Of a DNA stretch of 52,740 nt, positions 33,615-44,718 are shown in pieces; the first letter of the stretch is position 1; each line of letters starts with the position of its first letter. Source of the stretch: Psammoneis japonica (Eukaryota); NCBI GenBank assembly GCA_008632985.1, contig QPGO01000094.1, positions 292,721 through 345,460 of the forward strand. Reading direction: 5' to 3'. The notes beneath the pieces are model-generated. The model was given only the letters and a program-made list of their open reading frames with translations. It was not told the DNA's origin and ran no database searches. The position numbers and the translations under genes were made by a program.

Positions 33615-34522
33615 ATGGCGTCCCATCAAGCATGCCTGCCGGTCCCGAGACGACGGAAACGGGCCTCTTCAGATGACGAGAATGTCGCTAGTACTGCGAT
33701 GGAATTTAGTGCGATTGAATCAATGGATGCAATGGAATATATGGCTGCTGTGGTGCAGCAGGCAAATTCCATGCCTGATCATTTTGTTCCAACGAAATCC
33801 CTGAGCTAGAGAATCAAGCACGGCCATCATCGCCTCCATCGATGGATCAGCTTCCTCTCTGCTTATCTTACGTCTGATCGTACATCGACCATGGATCCCC
33901 CAACCATTCAACATTTGCCTCGAAGGCCTGAAGAGTGGGTCGATGCGACGCTTGGCAACTTTTATCAGCTGAGAGAGTATCTAGAAAGATGCTATCAAAA
34001 TGGTGTTGGAGCAAAGGGAAACAAACAGTTCTTGGTACCGCCGCTGCGAGAACGTGCAGGCTGGCATATTTTTTGCGTTGGTCCCGAAGAAGCTCGTGGA
34101 AATATTGGAGCATACTTTGAACAAGACGACAGTAGTGATGACGAGGAGTCGGTTTCATCCTGGCAGCGTGATGTGCCTGCATCTGGTCACGAGCCATCTG
34201 TTCGATTGCTCTGCCAGATGGATCAAGTTATGGTCCGCCGAGTCATTTCACATTTGACATACTATTTACAAGAAGGCTGGCAGTTCACCCCCAACGGTCG
34301 GCATGGTTGTATGCCCTGTTGGCGAGCCTTGAGCGTCCACTTCATCGAGAGGATGCAGCGTTGCTATACAGTCTGCTGAAACAATTGACGCAAATCCGTA
34401 CAAAGATTGATGTTGTTTCTGATAGGCAAAAGCTTGGTCAAGTTAATGTTCTTATCGCAGTCATTGGCATTTACTTTGAACAAGGCGGAGGGTTCAATGG
34501 CATCATGTCTGTACGGAGGTAG
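33615..34522 (+). pseudogene. Gemin2/SIP1-like SMN-complex protein; disrupted in this sequence
   Basis: DAMEYMAAVVQQANSMPD; WVDATLGNFYQLREYL; PSVRLLCQMDQ; WLYALLASLERPLHREDAALL; VNVLIAVIGIYFEQ. In-frame TAG at 33807-33809 (or two compensating frameshifts around IDGSASSL) and a frameshift at the C run near 34290. Confidence 0.75.
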
Positions 34523-34559
34523 CTAGCAGTTTGCTCCTCTCTCTGACGGCGTCATCTAG

Positions 34560-34700
34560 TAGTACATCCGAATATTAGAAGCCCTGCTATTTGTCGATAA
34601 AGTGACAAGCTGGAGAAAGCAAGGTGGCAACTCCACCAGCTTACTCGTTTCATACCTCACAAAGAACTTGAACGGGTTTGTATGATACGGAACCATGTTG
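34560..34700 (-). pseudogene. Degenerate duplicate of the 3' end of the FIT-like gene
   Basis: atccgaatattagaagccctgct...gagaaagcaaggtggcaactccaccagc matches 35640-35715 atccgaatatcagatgccgtgct...aagaaagcaaagtggcaactgtaccatc. Confidence 0.65.
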
Positions 34701-35019
34701 CCGTCTGTGCCAATTATCGAACCAACCCGATGAAAAGCGTATTCCCATGGTAGTGACCTTGCAGGGTGCGGAATTTGGAAATTGTCCCAATTCTTGGGAA
34801 CGAATCTTAAAGCTAGCTGTGTTGTTGTAAACGGAATAGTTCATTACCTGAGACCTGCATGGTAATATCAGATTGGTCCATGATTTGAACTTCACACTAC
34901 AGTAGCGCTAGAATGCATGCCCAGCAACAGCTGCCAGGCGCGGCCCAGTGAGGCCAGGATGTGCTCAGCAGCAGTGCCAGCAAAACCCAGCAGAGCGCCT
35001 GCTCCCCCTCAACCAACGT

Positions 35020-35325
35020 TTGCCCAATGGCAATCCATAGCATCTTGCCTGCTCAGGATAAACCAACGCTCGATGGAACTCCAAGAATGTTGTTCAAGGA
35101 AGTACAAAGTTTAAGTTGCAGAAGCCGACAAATGAAGAACGAGAATGATAGCACTCTTTGTGCCGACCAACATTGCCTGCAGTGGAGCTGAATCCAAGCG
35201 CCTTGGATCAATCTTGGTCTACCATATCGGGAGGGGAAGCACAACGTGCCTCACTTGCGATTGCACAATTGTTGAAACCAACAGTTCTGCTCTTGGATGA
35301 ATCCATGGGAGCACTCGACAAGAAT
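35020..35325 (+). pseudogene. ABC-transporter ATPase fragment
   Basis: Q-loop-like QDKPTLDGTPR, signature ISGGEAQRASLA, Walker B LLLDE, D-loop ALD. Frameshifted; no Walker A. Confidence 0.75.
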
Positions 35326-35463
35326 AAAAATCCAGGGAGCCCCGTTTCATGTTTGTCTCGGTATCTCGCCGGCTCCAATTTTAAAAGATATTTTCTTCCT
35401 TCGGCCCAACTTTCGATGATGGGAGGAATTTGAATTCTTCGTGGCAGGACAGGGAAGGACCAA

Positions 35464-35565
35464 TCGGTGTTGCTTCTGATAGGCAGAGAATTGGACGAGT
35501 AAATGTTTGTATCGCGGTCATTGGCACACACTTTGAACAAGGCGGTGGGTACAATGGCACTCTAG
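35464..35565 (+). pseudogene. Duplicate of the Gemin2 3' end
   Basis: IGVASDRQRIGRVNVCIAVIGTHFEQGGGYNG versus IDVVSDRQKLGQVNVLIAVIGIYFEQGGGFNG at ~34406-34501. Confidence 0.8.
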
Positions 35566-35628
35566 ATGACTGTGCGGAGATAGCTAGCAAAAAAGTATTA
35601 CACAGAGTTACCGTTTATTCGCCTGGTG

Positions 35629-36778
35629 TCATCTGGGAAATCCGAATATCAGATGCCGTGCTTTTTGCCAATAAGGAAAACACTGAAGAAAGCAAAGTGG
35701 CAACTGTACCATCATACTCATAACATACCCGACGAGGATTTCCGGTCCAGTGTGAAAGTACTCAGCTGTCTTTTGGACACTCATGAGAATGACAATGTAC
35801 AATTCAATGAGGTAGACAACCAAGATGAAGCTTGTCACTCGCGCCAGCCATGAACGGGAGGCACCAGCACCGCTACTCATTGGTACTGCTTCTTGTATCG
35901 GAGCCACCAAGTAATGAATAACCTCCACGAGTGCAACGGGAAGCATTTGAGCAAAGAAAAGTACTGTATGGTCTGAAAAATCAAATTGTCGTCCGTAGCA
36001 TCCAGGTTGGTCCGAGCCTAGCAATTCCCCGTACCAGCAGTTGCTTCTATCATGAGCACCTCCAAAGTGATCCTCCAGACCGTTGAAAAGTAGGAAAAGA
36101 ATCCACCCACGAAAATTCATTACTAAAATGTAAAAGCCCAATCTCCGAAGTAAAGATTCCATATTCGCGTTTGCTCCTTGGAATGACGCCACCGCCCAAC
36201 GAAAAACCAAGGGTAAAAGCGGCAGACCCCAAGCCTCAGGAAATCGCGTGAGTCGTCCAGAAAGAATATGATGCTTAGGCTGCAAAGTAAAGAACAATAT
36301 TAAACGCAAGGATTAGTACATTGCAATTGTTGCGAAGTAACAACACACGCTGACAAACGAGAAATTCACTAACCGTTGGGGCGCATATCCCGTGCTCGTC
36401 GATACCGCTACAACAAATGAATGCATCTAGACCATCCGATGAAGGTGAAAGAGTATTAACAAATGATTTTTGACACTCGGTTGAAGCATTTGTCGAAGAC
36501 ACCGGAATGTACTTTCTGCAAACAGAGCGTTGAAAAAGCGGATGCGGAAATACTTGAGAACTCAACGCGTGGCGATCAACAATTTACAGTCCATTATCCC
36601 ATCAACAGCGGAAACCCTACCTTGTCCCATTGTTCCGACAGATGCTTATAACTAAAACTGCTAATGTGACAGCAAAGTGAATGCCCCACGCAGCTCTCAT
36701 CCACGGCTGACATGCCTGTACTCTCTTTCTCGTTATCTGGTTCGTCCGCGAAACCTTGCTGTTACTCGGCGTTGACAT
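35629..36778 (-). CDS. Multi-pass membrane protein, FIT (fat storage-inducing transmembrane)/lipid-phosphate-phosphatase-like
   Basis: Predicted exons 36778-36621, 36560-36374, 36279-35629 (GT-AG introns). Motifs FDFSDHTVLF and KTAEYFHTGPE resemble FIT2/Scs3 FDISGHxFLL and TxxYFHTxxE. Confidence 0.6.
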
Positions 36779-37204
36779 TGTATTTGTTATTCTCGGCTGA
36801 CTGCTTGCACAATAGACGCTAATGAAAAAGGAGCTCTTCGTTAAATTTGAGGTTTCTGAAATTGCGATTTGACGCCAAGCTTTCTTGCTTTCTCGTTCCG
36901 CCTGTCGCATCGCAACAACGTGAACGGTGTCTTTCTCGGTTCTGTTTTTCTCGTTCGCGTGGCTCGTGCTTCGTTCGTGGATGATGCCTTGGCGGTGGAT
37001 GGAACTCTGAAAAAAATGTGTCGCGTGGCGCCAAGACTGAATCGTACGACTCAAACACGTTGCACTTCGATCCACGTACTTTTTATAATATTAAACTTTG
37101 GATACAAATCATTCGCACATGACGTAAAGCGTTCTGTTGGCGAGAACCGCCAGCTTTTCTTCGCACAAATCGAAAAAACACCACAAAGAACAACGACGAC
37201 AAAA

Positions 37205-39154
37205 ATGGATGGGCAAAGACGGGAAGAAAGCAATTTGTCGGCAACCATGACCTTGACAGATCACGCTGATTTGTCATGGGATAACAAGTGGAACATTGAA
37301 ACACACAGTTCCGATGGCTACTACGACGAGTACGAGGAGAAAGAAGAGACGACAACATGTTCATCATTGTTTTTCTCTCGAACCATGGACCCGGTTCTTT
37401 CTGTTGATCACCCCGAACAAAGAACTTCCTTCTTGGGACAATGCCTGTCGCCAAACAAACAAGAGGACTCAGTTCTTGGGTGTGTATCACCCGCTTCGCT
37501 GTCTCGGCCTTCTTCGTGGTCAACTTTTACGGAACTACCGTTTTCTGAGGACGAGCTAGAAATGTTGGACGGCGACGAGCCAATACCGGAAAGCGACCTG
37601 CGACCGACCTCCGAGGGGTTTCGACACTTTTGGGTGGTGACAACAGCAGCTTTACCATGGATGACGGGGACAGCTGTCAACCCACTTCTCAGGGCAGCGT
37701 ATCTATCGAGACTCAATCGACCTTATGCTGACAAGAGCTCAGTGACGCTTGTGATTCCATGGTTAGAGTCTTCTGCCGAGCGAGTCAGGCTCTATGGTAA
37801 AGATTGGGAGGATGCTACGCCCTCTGATCAAGAAGAATATGTGCGATCTTGGCTTGTGGACAAGGCTAACTTACCAGAAGAAGCCGACCTAAGCCAAAAC
37901 GGTATCAAGATTTTGTGAGTGCAACTGAGATTCTAGTGCGATTGTTGTTTTACGAGTTCACAGTGGGCTCATCTACCTTGTCGTCATTTCCACAGGTTTT
38001 ATCCGGCGCGTTATGCTTCAGCTTGGGGTTCTATATTTGCAACGTGTGATATCTGTAGCTTAATTCCAGAGGATTGCATCACGGACGTTTGCTTCTTGGA
38101 AGAGCCTGAACATTTGAACGTCTACCGCGCGCAGGAAAAGATATCGTGGATGGAAAGATTCAAACATGTGGTTGGAATCATCCACACAAATTACAAGGCT
38201 TATGCTAGCGCTCACTACTCGGGAATTTTATCGAGTCCTCTTGTCACCGCAGGCTGCTCTCTAATTGTAACAAGTTCATGTCACAAGGTGGTCAAGTTGA
38301 GCCCTGTTTTGCAGTACTTTGCTCCCGAAAAAGAGGTGGTTTCTAACGTGCATGGAGTGAGAAAGGAGTTTCTAGAGGAAGGAAGTCGACGAGCCCGTTT
38401 CGGTGGGAAAAACGGTGTTTATTTTGTGGGGAAGCTCTTGTGGGCCAAAGGCTTCGACATGATGCTCTCCCTTCAAGATGCTCATATGAAAGTTACAGGC
38501 GAGTACTTTGCGATACACATATACGGCTCCGGGCCAGAAGAAGCGGAGATTCAGAAAGCATTTTGTGGTCCTGAGAATTCAGCAGATGTAGACGGGTCGA
38601 AAAGCAAGGCGCGCGGCCTTCCAATGTGGCGCCGCCAAGCAATTCCCGCAACCTTCATGGGTCGTCAAGACCATGCAGCCCTTACCGAGGATTACAAGAT
38701 TTTCGTCAATCCAAGTGAATCTGAGGTCTTGTGTACGACTACCGCCGAGGCTCTCGCAATGGGAAAGTTCGTTTTGATACCTCATCATCCATCGAACGTC
38801 TTTTTTGCGCAGTTTCCCAACTGCCTTCAGTATAACAACAAGCTCGAATTCGTAGCATTGCTTCAGTACGCTTTATCACACGAGCCAGAGCCTCTTACCC
38901 ATGAGTTGGAATACCAATTCACTTGGGAGGCTGCCACGGAGCGATGCCTCACTGCGTCGATTATCACAAAGAGAGAGGAACGACGTCGTGAGCGAGCTGG
39001 ACAAACCAAGCGTGACGAACGCGCCGCAAAAATCCACCATAAACTTAACAAGGGAATCAAAGGAGCTGTCATTCGCAAGATGATGGGTGCTGAACCCATG
39101 GAGGACCTCACGGCAACAATGAATATGATCGAGACAAGCACGTCGGGACAATGA
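37205..39154 (+). CDS. DGD1: Digalactosyldiacylglycerol synthase (GT4 family)
   Basis: VTTAALPWMTGTAVNPLLRAAYL, intron 37915-37995, FYPARY, EEPEHLN, GIIHTNY, NVHGVR, YFVGKLLWAKG, NPSESEVLCTTTAEALAMGK, HPSNVFFAQFPNC. Confidence 0.92.
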
Positions 39155-39211
39155 GATGACTACTAGCTAGGAGAAGTTAAACTATGGCGAAGTCATCATC
39201 AACAACATTTA

Positions 39212-40696
39212 TTAATCGCGTGTCGGATCCACAAATACGGCCATATCGTGTCTCCCGGCGGCATCGTAAATATCTGCCAGCTTGGGTCGGACGTCACTCC
39301 ATTTCCCTCCTGTGAGAGACACTGTGTCCATCAGATAGTTGGCCTCGTCGATTGCAATTTGCTCGGGCGATTTACCTGACCCTCCGGTGGGGTCTTCTTC
39401 TTGTTCCCGTTGTCTTATTTTCTCGTGCATGATTTGCAGCTTGGCAATGGCCTCATCATCGGGGTCGCTCTCTTCTGCTAGTCCTCCAAGGACGGCGACT
39501 TCCACCAAGTCTTCTTTTTCTATACCTAAAACGACCGAAAAGAACAAACTCCTCATGATTGAGAAAGAGAGAGGTAAGGTACGCTAGGGAGGTTGGAAGG
39601 AACTTTCATAACGTACCGAGACTCCACAACGGTAATCTCAAGCAAACACGAGCTGCGTCTTTGGCTTCTTCCTCGCGGTTGGGGAATGACGATAACAGCT
39701 TCGCGTAAAACAAAAATGTGGAACCAAATCCAGTAAACTTGCCGTTTGACGCCTCGGCTGCAATGAGCGCAGACGATTCGTCGCTACGAGCTGCATGCTG
39801 TTCCGCCATGGATTCGTACAGATCTGGAAAGGGCCCGACTCGCAATAATACGTACTTATCAACGCCGTATCTAGCATGGCAAGTTGTAGAAGTGGCATTT
39901 CACGGATGAGGAATGCATGCTATTGAAACCAAATTTCCGAATACGTTGGAGGAAGTTAGACTTACCCTAAAGCTTCTACGGAGCCCGCTTCGTAAGGCGA
40001 ATCTAAACCACTTTCTTTAAGCAGACCCTGGCCGAGACCATCATTATAAAGCGCAATGATTTCTTCATCTTTTCCGTCACTTTCGCAGGCGATTCTTCTC
40101 ATGTAATGCTCACTGTTCGTACGAACGTGTCAGTCAGGAAACACGCTAACAGGAGCCAAGTAGCATGCAGTTGTGAAGAGGAATGACACTTACCTATTCA
40201 GTGCCAGCAACCTCATTCCCGGGCTATCCACTGCACTTTCAACGATTGGCCACGGGTCGTCTTCCGAAGGACCAACCCCAGCATCTTCAGCAAACACTCG
40301 TCGCAACGCGCAAATATAATTTCCAGTAGACGAGCTCTTCGAAATTGGAAACAAGTGGGGATGAAGATCTGAGGGGAAGTCATCAATTCCTGAAAGAGAT
40401 GAAACCAATTCCGGTGTATCAGCGAGGCTTGACACTGGCATCAAGTCGCCTGCTCCCTTGCAGCCTTTGCTTCCGGGAGCACCGTGCTTTGTCAAGAGAG
40501 TTTGCAAAGTACTCAAACGGGAAACTCCACTCTGAACCGCGTCTGCCATGACATCCGACGATGAGGAGGCCGAGAAAGATCGGCATAAACGGGGCCGCGG
40601 TGAGGAAGATATGACAGAAAAAGCTCCAGTCAGCGAAGGACGGAGCGCCCATGACACTGCAAAGCACGAGAGAACATTTTGTCCCGCCATTTTCAT
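39212..40696 (-). CDS. PAB: PAB-like (protein in chloroplast ATPase biogenesis), plastid-targeted
   Basis: Exons ~40696-40194, 40112-39966, 39870-39617, 39525-39212. LHPHLFPI, RVGPFPDLYE, GFGSTFLFYAKLL...EAKDAARVCLRLPLWSLG, PEQIAIDEANYLMD. Signal-peptide-like N terminus ending ...TGAF followed by a Ser/Arg-rich transit-like stretch. Confidence 0.78.
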
Positions 40697-41121
40697 TTTG
40701 CTATGTGTGTAATCAAAGAATAAACAAAATTTGAATGGAGAATCGAGAGCCGCTCTCAACTACAGAATGCAAACAAGCTTCCGAACTCCACTACAAACTG
40801 GACGCTACTGCAGCAGCGAAGACTCGCCCCCATGATGTGTTGTTGCATGCGGTCGTTTCTTGCGTTCCTCTGCGGCTTTTCCAGGCGCGGAAGCATTTTC
40901 GTACGTGGTCGTGTTGTACTGAAATCTTCGTAGAATCCTACGGCATCTGAGAGCTGATAACCTTTCAGAAAACAGACGAGGGAAAGACAGACCGTTTCAT
41001 TCCGATCGACTAACTCGATCAACTCAATCTTTCGAAGATTTGAGATGGTATTCCGCCATGGCTGGGCAGCGCCGACGCAGCCGACGACAAAGTTGCGACT
41101 CACCGCAACTGAAATTCAACT

Positions 41122-44100
41122 ATGAGTTCTTCGACTGATGATATGTGGGAAAATGTTGCCTGGATGCCACACTCATCCCTGTCACAGACTTCGCACGTGA
41201 GCGTGGCTATTCGCTCCTTGCATGCGAACATTGATCGCGAGCTGTCACAAGAGCCAGAAGATTTGCGGGTAACGATTGCCGTTCATGGCATGGCAGGTTC
41301 CCCACTTTCCGTCGCATCCAGCACTCTCTCAGCACCGCTTTATGCGCGAGCTGATCGGATTAAGGAACCTGAGAAACAGCACAGTGAGTTTGCGTGGGGA
41401 ACGCATAACTGGAGCTGGGAGCAAGTCGTGGAAGTTCCGATTAGGTGGAAGGATTTGCCTCGAGATGCATACTTGCTACTTGAAGTAGTCGGGCCCTCAA
41501 ACTCAGTGGTATGTCCGTTGATATGTCAATGGTATTTCTATGGAACCTTCTCATCTGGTTTCATGCGTGCTTTGCAAATTTGAATGTGACGAATACCGTA
41601 GCGTTTTAGGTCGTCTTTTGTACTTTTTGACACGTATGGGCAGCTTCGGACGGGACTGCAGCGTTTAGCACTCTGTGATGATCCAAATCTTGCCTCAAAA
41701 ATAATGGCAGATCCTCTTCCTCCCATAAATCCAATGAAATCATCTCCCAACGTTGAAGAAGACCCGGTGTGGAAGGTATCCTCCATCCTTGATCAGTTGA
41801 ACCGAAAACCTCCGCCGCAAGCGAAGCAAATGGGCAATTCAACGCCTCAAGTATCCACCATAGCTAGCAATACAGATGATGGGATCACGTTTGATCGAAT
41901 TCCCGATGTGCCTTGGCTGGATAATATGTTGCGCGAAACTTGTGAGGACATTCTTGAGCGCGAAGTTGAAGAAAACTCTCGTGCTTTGTATGGCGAAGAA
42001 CGTGCGCCCTACTTGATATTGGAGATGCCCAGTTTTGACGTACCTGTAATGCATGAAGAAAGCTTCTATCCGGTTTCGCAACAGGGTGCTTCGGGCCCAG
42101 TGACTGTTCTGGACCTTTCGCTTCATCGTCAGAGTTCCGATGCAAACATACGAGAGGACGGGAAAATGGAGTTGAGAGACGCAGATTTCGTTCCGTTTCT
42201 TGACTATGAATTTGAAGGTGACAACCCCGTAGAAGACAAATATCGAACGCTTACGCATGACCTGCTCCGAGGCCTCGTTGATCCGGCACTCAAGCCTGAC
42301 AGAGAACAACGAGCGAGACTTACCGCAATCATTATGTCTCCATCTCACCATCCCTCCCGGGAAGAAAAAGGTGAGTATTCTTGAATCAAATGGTCAGTTT
42401 CTTGCCTTCTCATCTCACTCACGCTTCGTCGTAAATACGCTCCTCCAGATCTGCTTTGGCGCTTCCGCTTTAGCCTTGTGGATAACAGAAGGGCTCTGAC
42501 GAAATTCCTTCTTGCAGTTGATTGGACGGTTGAAAGTGAGGTTGTTCAGGCTGCGGAACTTCTTGAGCAATGGAGGAGGAGATCTCCGATTGAAGTGACA
42601 GATGCTCTCAAGCTCCTAGGAAAGAATGTGGCGTTCCAGACCAGTCTGGTATGTTGAATATTCTCTCCGTGAATGTGGTCGCGCATCGTTTTAGGTTCCG
42701 TCTCATGTTGCGGTTTGTTGTTTTCTCTTCTTCAGGTTCGAACTTACGCTATCGACACTTTGGCTGCTGCCCCAGATAATGAGTTACGACTTTACTTGCT
42801 CCAGTTAGTTCAGGCGCTGAAGTACGAAAACGAGACGCTGTCGTCGAACATTGTGATGCCGAACCAGTCCAACGGCGATGAGAAGGAGGCCTCCGGAAAG
42901 GTCTCATCGCTAGCGAAATTTCTTATTGACCGAGCATCGGGCAGTGTGGAACTTGCAAACTACCTTTACTGGTAATTAATTTCAGGCTGCCTTACTTTCA
43001 AAGCAATCCCTTAATGACTTGCAGATCCTCTCATCTGAGTTCTCCTTGCCGCTGCGCATCAGGTATCTAAAAGTGGAAATTCAGGATCCGACACATGGAG
43101 CACGATATCGCGACATTTTCTCAGCACTCGGTGACAAGCTCTCGGCAACGCCATATCGACAACCTAGCACCAACAGTTCGACCGAGCTTGAAAGAGAATC
43201 TATTCCAACGTCCGTTTGGGACGTTCTTGTTGCGCAGGACAACTTCATATCTGGAATAATGGACTGCCAGATGAAAAGTCGCGATGCTAGGGGAAAGAAA
43301 GACGCCAAAGAGACCTATCTAAGAGAGATGCTGGCTTCTGAGGGATTGGACCGATTGAATTTTCACGAGCCCGTTCCTCTTCCGTCCTGTCCACAGATAC
43401 TGGTGAATGGAGTAAATGCGCATTCGGCAAAAATGTTTAAGTCTGCACTCTACCCGGCGGTGGTTGAGTTTCGCGTTGATGGAAGCAATGATGCAGAAAC
43501 CACTTTTGACAGTGAAGGCTCTCTGTTAGTAGCTGGCTCGTCAAGTCAGAGTGAAATAGAACGGTCGTCTCTGGATAGTTTGGCGACGTACAAGGTGATC
43601 GTGAAAACAGGAGACGACCTTCGACAAGACCAGCTTGTCATCATGATGATTAAATTGATGGACGGACTGCTGAAGCGCGGAACGTTGGACCTATGCTTGA
43701 AGCCTTATTCGATTCTTGCTACTTCTCCCTCTTCTGGGCTTGTCGAGTTTGTCGATGGCTCTGTACCAATCTCACAGATCCTTGCAAGTCACAACAACTC
43801 AATATTGAACTTTTTTCAAACATATGCACCCCAGGATGGTGCGAAATATGGTGTCAAACCCGATGTAATGCAAACATACGTGAGAAGCTGCGCCGGGTAC
43901 TGTGTCATCACCTACATTCTTGGCGTGGGCGATCGCCATCTTGATAACATTATGCTGCAACCCAGTGGCCACTTCTTTCACATCGACTTTGGATTCATAT
44001 TTGGTCGTGATCCGAAACCCCTGCCACCCGCTTTCCGCTTAACACGAGAGGTAAGAAATCATCGCGCTGTATCATTACAACTGCTTTTTAAAAAATTCGA

Positions 44101-44457
44101 ATCTCTAACCGCCGTATTGTAATGGAACAGATGGTTGACGGGATGGGAGGAATGGATTCGACAGAGTATCGATTGTTCGTGTCGCTGGCATCGCAGGCAT
44201 TCAACACACTTCGCAAGGGCGCAGGCCTTGTTCTAAACTTGCTTCATCTTATGAGCGATGCTGGCATCGAGGATCTATGCAATAACCCATCATCGGATGC
44301 TGAAGGCATCATCACCAAAGTAGAAGAACGCTTCAGACTGGAGCTCACTGATGAGCAGGCGGAGCATTTTTTCCTCGGCCTTATTAATGATTCACTTGCA
44401 GCATTTGCTCCGAGAGTGATGGACGTCTTCCACTCGCTTGCTGTTTCGCGACGGTAA
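41122..44457 (+). CDS. VPS34: Class III phosphatidylinositol 3-kinase
   Basis: Multi-exon. C2-like N terminus (PIRWKDLPRDA), helical domain (LLWRFRF, YLLQLVQALKYE, LANYLYWYLKVE), kinase domain KTGDDLRQDQL, YILGVGDRHLDN, HIDFGFIFGRDPKP. Confidence 0.95.
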
Positions 44458-44718
44458 AGAGATCACTTAGGTTTTGTTGAGTGATTTATCCTTGAGAACC
44501 CTTGAGTTGTCGATCTCAAGGTGAGCCGGAATCGTTCGATTACACGAAGTGGCAATTGCAACGTGCCGTTGCAAATAGAGTATGCACAACTAAACATGTG
44601 TCAGACACTATAGCTACAACTTGATTCTTTAGATGAGAACAGAACGAGCATGACTGCTGTCTCCTAAAACTCATTACAATTTACAGTCCTACAGTTATGC
44701 TGATAGTCTACGGCCCTA

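Noticed and set aside
36869..37204. N-terminal extension of the DGD synthase ORF
   Set aside because: It begins at a non-ATG codon in the divergent promoter region; the ATG at 37205 is the more plausible start.
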